A stretch of DNA of 17,899 nt from Candidatus Rokuibacteriota bacterium. Lineage in GTDB: Bacteria; Methylomirabilota; Methylomirabilia; Rokubacteriales; DASRDR01. Positions 15,119-17,899 of the stretch are shown here, one piece after another. The translations under genes were made by a program, and so were the position numbers. The notes under the pieces are model-generated. The model saw nothing but the letters and a program-made list of their open reading frames with translations. It was not told where the DNA came from and made no database searches. The DNA lies in NCBI GenBank assembly GCA_044866005.1, contig JBIOTN010000113.1, positions 1 through 17,899 of the forward strand. The letters run 5' to 3'. How positions within the stretch are numbered: the first letter of the stretch is position 1; every line of letters starts with the position of its first letter.

Positions 15119-16540
15119 CTACCCCGCCCCGAGCACCGGGCGGAACTTCCAGAAGTAGTGGACGAGCTCGCCGCCCTCGTGGAACCGGCGGAAGGTCAGC
15201 TCGACGGGCATGTCGAAGTCCACCGAGGCCGGGTCGCAGTCGGTCATCTGCGTGTAGAAGCGGCCGCCCCCCTCGAGGTCGGCCGCCACCATGACGGTCG
15301 GCGGGTCGGGCGAGGGGACCAGGTGGTCCTTCGTGAAGGTGAACACCCGCCCGCGCCGGGCGAGCCGGTACTCCTCGAACTCCGTCGCCGAGCACTTCCA
15401 GCAGACGTGCCGGCGCGGGTACTGGACCGCCCCGCAGCGCGCGCACTTCTGGCCGTAGCGGCGGAGGTCCTGCCGCTCCTCGCGCTGCAGCACGGGGAGT
15501 CCCGTGAACGCCGTGAGCGTCTCGCCCTCCACGAGCCGCCGGAACTGGAGGAACTGGCCGTAGTGGCGGAGCGGCCGCCCGGCGCGGAGCTGCGCCGCCA
15601 CGCCTCGCCGCCGGTCCCAGCCGGCGAGCCGCGGGGTCGCCCGGAAGAGGAGCGCGTCGGCCCCCGCGCCGTAGCCGACGACGAGGATCCGCTCCCCCGG
15701 CCGTGCCTCCTCGAGCGCCGCGGCGAGGGCGAGGAGCGGCGACGCGGTCCCGGTGTTGCCGACGGCCGACAGCAGCGGCGCGCGGAGCGCGGCGGTCTCG
15801 GGTAAGGCCAGGCTCCGCAGGATGCCGGGGGCGAGCCGCGCATCGGGGAGGTAACAGGCGACCTTTCCGATGGCGCCGCGCTCCACCCCCGCCCGCGCGA
15901 GGAGCCCCTCGACGGCCTCGGCGATCAGCTTCTCGTAGCCGTAGGCGCGGACGAAGGCGACGTCGCCCTGCTCGGGGTAGCGGGCGTCCGCCTTGCGCCA
16001 GACGTCGGAGAACTCCTGGGTGAGCGAGTAGGCGGCCTCGAGCTCCGCCAGCACGGCCTCGCCCTGGCCCACGACCACCGCCGCGGCGGCGTCCCCGAGG
16101 AACGGCTCGAGGTCGCTCCCGGGCGCGGCGCTCCGGACGTCCGAGGCGGCGACCAGGACCTCGCGCCCCGACCCCGCGCGGACCGTATCGAGGGCGAGGC
16201 GCAGCCCCGTGGTCCCGGCCCGGAGGCTCCCGCCGAGGTCGGCCACGAAGACGTCGCGGCCCACGTCGACGACGGTGGCCAGGATGGCCGCGGAGGACTT
16301 CTCCGCATAGGGCGCGGTGGTCGTGGCGAGGATCACGCCGCCGAGGTCGGCGCCGGGGCGGTCGTCGAGGGCCGCGAGGCCCGCCTCGACCGCCATCGTC
16401 AGGCTGTCCTCGTCGTGGTTCGCGACGGCGCGCTCGCCGGCCCCCTCGGCGCCCCGCCCCCCGCCCCAGACCGCGGCGAGCGTCTCGGCCCCGAGCCGGT
16501 AGCGCGGGATGTGGACGCCGATCCCGGTGATCCCGAGCAT
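15119..16540 (-). CDS. HMG-CoA-synthase-like (thiolase-fold) protein fused to a DUF35-type Zn-ribbon/OB-fold domain, 473 aa
   Basis: GI...G.HIPRYRL, ERAVANHDEDSLTMAVEA, GDAAAA, VGNTGTAS, GYGAGAD; C-terminal CARC...PRRHVCWKC, GRVFTFT, VELTFRR, YFWK. Confidence 0.9.
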   Translation of the reverse strand: MLGITGIGVHIPRYRLGAETLAAVWGGGRGAEGAGERAVANHDEDSLTMAVEAGLAALDDRPGADLGGVILATTTAPYAEKSSAAILATVVDVGRDVFVADLGGSLRAGTTGLRLALDTVRAGSGREVLVAASDVRSAAPGSDLEPFLGDAAAAVVVGQGEAVLAELEAAYSLTQEFSDVWRKADARYPEQGDVAFVRAYGYEKLIAEAVEGLLARAGVERGAIGKVACYLPDARLAPGILRSLALPETAALRAPLLSAVGNTGTASPLLALAAALEEARPGERILVVGYGAGADALLFRATPRLAGWDRRRGVAAQLRAGRPLRHYGQFLQFRRLVEGETLTAFTGLPVLQREERQDLRRYGQKCARCGAVQYPRRHVCWKCSATEFEEYRLARRGRVFTFTKDHLVPSPDPPTVMVAADLEGGGRFYTQMTDCDPASVDFDMPVELTFRRFHEGGELVHYFWKFRPVLGAG

Positions 16541-16549
16541 CGCGTCGCC

Positions 16550-16918
16550 TCAGGCCGCGCGCGGCCCGAACACGCGCGCCTTGACGCGCGTCGGCACGAA
16601 GCGGGCCACGCGCGCGGCGATGCGGCCCAGCCGGTCGAGGCTCGCCGGGTCGCCCGGCCAGTGCTGGAGGAGGATCCGCCGGTCCACGTAGTTGAGGAGG
16701 CCGTCGAGGACGATCGCCACGAGCACGATGTCGTCGAGATACCCGAGGACGGGGATGAAATCCGGGATCAGGTCCACCGGGCTCGCCAGGAACACCGCGG
16801 TCACGCCGAGGATCGCCTTGACCCGCGTGGGTACCCGCCCGTCACCGAGCAGGCGCGCGATCAGCCCGGCGAGCTGGGGGAGGAGGAGGCCGAGCTCCCG
16901 CAGGGTCGCGAAGCGCAC
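16550..16918 (-). CDS. DUF1232 (YkvA-like) membrane protein, 122 aa
   Basis: DGRVP...K, SPVDLIPDFIPVLGYLDD signature. Confidence 0.9.
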   Translation of the reverse strand: MRFATLRELGLLLPQLAGLIARLLGDGRVPTRVKAILGVTAVFLASPVDLIPDFIPVLGYLDDIVLVAIVLDGLLNYVDRRILLQHWPGDPASLDRLGRIAARVARFVPTRVKARVFGPRAA

Positions 16919-16947
16919 GCGCGTCGGACCGTCGGCCGGCGCGCGGC

Positions 16948-17889
16948 TCAGCGCGGCGTGACCGGCTTCATGCCCGCGGCCGTCGTGGACAGGGTGAGGC
17001 CGACCGCCGCCCGGCGGGCCGCACGGCTGCCTGCCGGGGGCGTCTGCTTCACGACGAAGCCGTCGCGCGGGCCCGTGGTCGCCCCCAGCCGGAGGCCGGC
17101 CGCCTCGAGGTCCCGCGTCGCGGCGTCCAGGCGCGCCCCCACGAGGTTCGGCACCGTCACCTCGCGCTCGGACGGCTCCGTTCCGGGTGGGCGCGCGGCC
17201 GCGCCGGCCGCCCCTGACGCCGTGCCGGGCGCCGGGCCCGCCGCCGGCGCGGGGGGCCGTCCCGGCGTGCTCGCCCGGCTCGCGGCGAGCAGGACCCGCG
17301 CCTCGGCGTAGACGGCGCGCAGTCGCTCCGCCTCCGCGCGGGCCCGCGCGGCCATGACGGCGGCCTCGTGGGCGGCGAGGATCGCGCGCTGCTCGAAGAC
17401 CTCGCGCCGGATCGGGTCGGGCGTGGGCTCCGCCGCGGCGCGCGTCAGCTCGGTCACGAGCTGGAACGCCTCGCTGGCGCTCGCCTGGGCCTGCTTCCGG
17501 TACCCGGTGAGCGCCTCGTGGGCCGCCCGCGCCTCCTCATCCAGGGCCCTGAGCGGCTCGGACTCCGCCCCGGTCGGCCTGAGCTCCTCGAACCGCTTGA
17601 GGACGGCCGTCCCCTCCTCGTGGGCGGCGATGGCCGTGTCGTCCGCGGCCCGCGCCAGGTCGTAGGCGCGCCCCGCCTCCGGGCTCATCACCCCGCCCGT
17701 CGCGGGGCCGCTCGCCGCGACCAGGACCATCGCCAGCAAGAGGACTGCCGCCGCGGGTGAGGCCGCCACGCGAGCCGTCGCCGCCGCGGGTCCTGTCGCC
17801 GGCTTGCCCCGGTCCGGCCGGGCTCCGTCACCCGTTCGCGCCCTCCCGCAGCTCTGGCGACCTGCGGGAGGAGCGCGAAGGGGTCCCAC
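16948..17889 (-). CDS. Exported/membrane-anchored protein with Ala-rich helical region and C-terminal PASTA domain; start uncertain
   Basis: Hydrophobic segment AAAVLLLAMVLVAA, coiled-coil-like middle, Pro/Ala linker, then VTVPNLVG...AA...L.AAGL.LG......VVKQTPPAG PASTA motif. True start could be GTG 17769 or lie near or beyond the window edge. Confidence 0.75.
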   Translation of the reverse strand: MGPLRAPPAGRQSCGRARTGDGARPDRGKPATGPAAATARVAASPAAAVLLLAMVLVAASGPATGGVMSPEAGRAYDLARAADDTAIAAHEEGTAVLKRFEELRPTGAESEPLRALDEEARAAHEALTGYRKQAQASASEAFQLVTELTRAAAEPTPDPIRREVFEQRAILAAHEAAVMAARARAEAERLRAVYAEARVLLAASRASTPGRPPAPAAGPAPGTASGAAGAAARPPGTEPSEREVTVPNLVGARLDAATRDLEAAGLRLGATTGPRDGFVVKQTPPAGSRAARRAAVGLTLSTTAAGMKPVTPR

Positions 17890-17899
17890 TTCGCCCGGC

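Overview
Very GC-rich bacterial window, densely coding, with no RNA genes, mobile elements or CRISPR array seen. The left half (128-9064) is a compact prFMN-dependent catabolic locus. A UbiD-family decarboxylase on the minus strand is transcribed divergently from a tightly coupled plus-strand operon: FadR/GntR regulator, a second UbiD whose motifs match, from my recollection, the phthaloyl-CoA decarboxylase clade, a 64-aa Cys-rich zinc-ribbon ORF not called separately in the track, an acyl-CoA ligase, UbiX, a bicupin, and an orphan EutA-like ASKHA ATPase with no eutBC nearby. The shared intergenic region holds an FNR-box-like palindrome (TTGAC-N4-GTCAA) and a second perfect palindrome. The best candidate for an undescribed system is this CoA-ligase/UbiD/UbiX cluster with its accessory zinc-ribbon, cupin and reactivase-like genes. 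The right half holds a TauE/SafE transporter lacking a canonical start codon, a small exported protein, a 1070-aa secreted FG-GAP-repeat protein with an apparently ligand-swapped zincin-like C-terminus, an MhpD-like FAH-family enzyme, an HMG-CoA-synthase-like/DUF35 fusion, a DUF1232 protein and a PASTA-domain protein. All family calls come from motif recognition by eye; no searches were run.
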